A DNA stretch of 64,000 nt from Takakia lepidozioides (taxonomy: Eukaryota; Plantae; Bryophyta): assembly GCA_030704615.1 (NCBI GenBank), contig CM060732.1, positions 82,708,001 through 82,772,000 on the forward strand, in the 5' to 3' direction. Numbering within the stretch: the first letter of the stretch is position 1; each line of letters starts with the position of its first letter. Under the pieces are notes generated by a model, which ran no database searches, was not told the origin of the DNA, and saw only the letters and a list, made by a program, of their open reading frames with translations. This document shows positions 63,898 through 64,000 of this stretch, one piece after another. A program made the position numbers and the translations under genes.

Positions 63898-64000
63898 AAA
63901 CCTCAGTTGTCACTGCAAATCTAAAACAAACCTAGCAGAGAGGCGAGCACCAGAAGGTTGGGCCTTTGGCAGGGCCTTTCAGCAGTTCCAGGCTGCTAGC

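Overview
Eukaryotic land-plant genomic DNA with spliceosomal introns; the 14-3-3 sequence is moss/bryophyte-like. The left ~30 kb is a transposon graveyard. It holds a rearranged LINE, a pogo-type DDE_1 remnant and a complete 15.8-kb CACTA element (4803-20611, TSD ATT). That CACTA has head-to-head TnpA-like and TNP2/TnpD genes, an FCP1/NIF-type HAD phosphatase domain embedded in the TnpA-like gene, and captured, triplicated, intron-containing RPS3a (eS1) fragments. Also present are a non-autonomous CACTA carrying a Ty3/gypsy fragment, a decayed Crypton-like tyrosine recombinase, and Tc1- and hAT-type MITEs. The right half holds host genes: ARF1, a long eIF4G, a PPR protein and an epsilon-type 14-3-3. 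The best leads are: (i) three divergent Crypton/DUF3504-like tyrosine-recombinase remnants in a land plant; (ii) a CACTA TnpA-FCP1 phosphatase fusion; (iii) six short exons, largely missed by the ORF track, that give eIF4G a C-terminal W2/HEAT-3 domain lacking in flowering-plant eIF4G. All protein-family calls are by-eye motif recognition; no searches were run.
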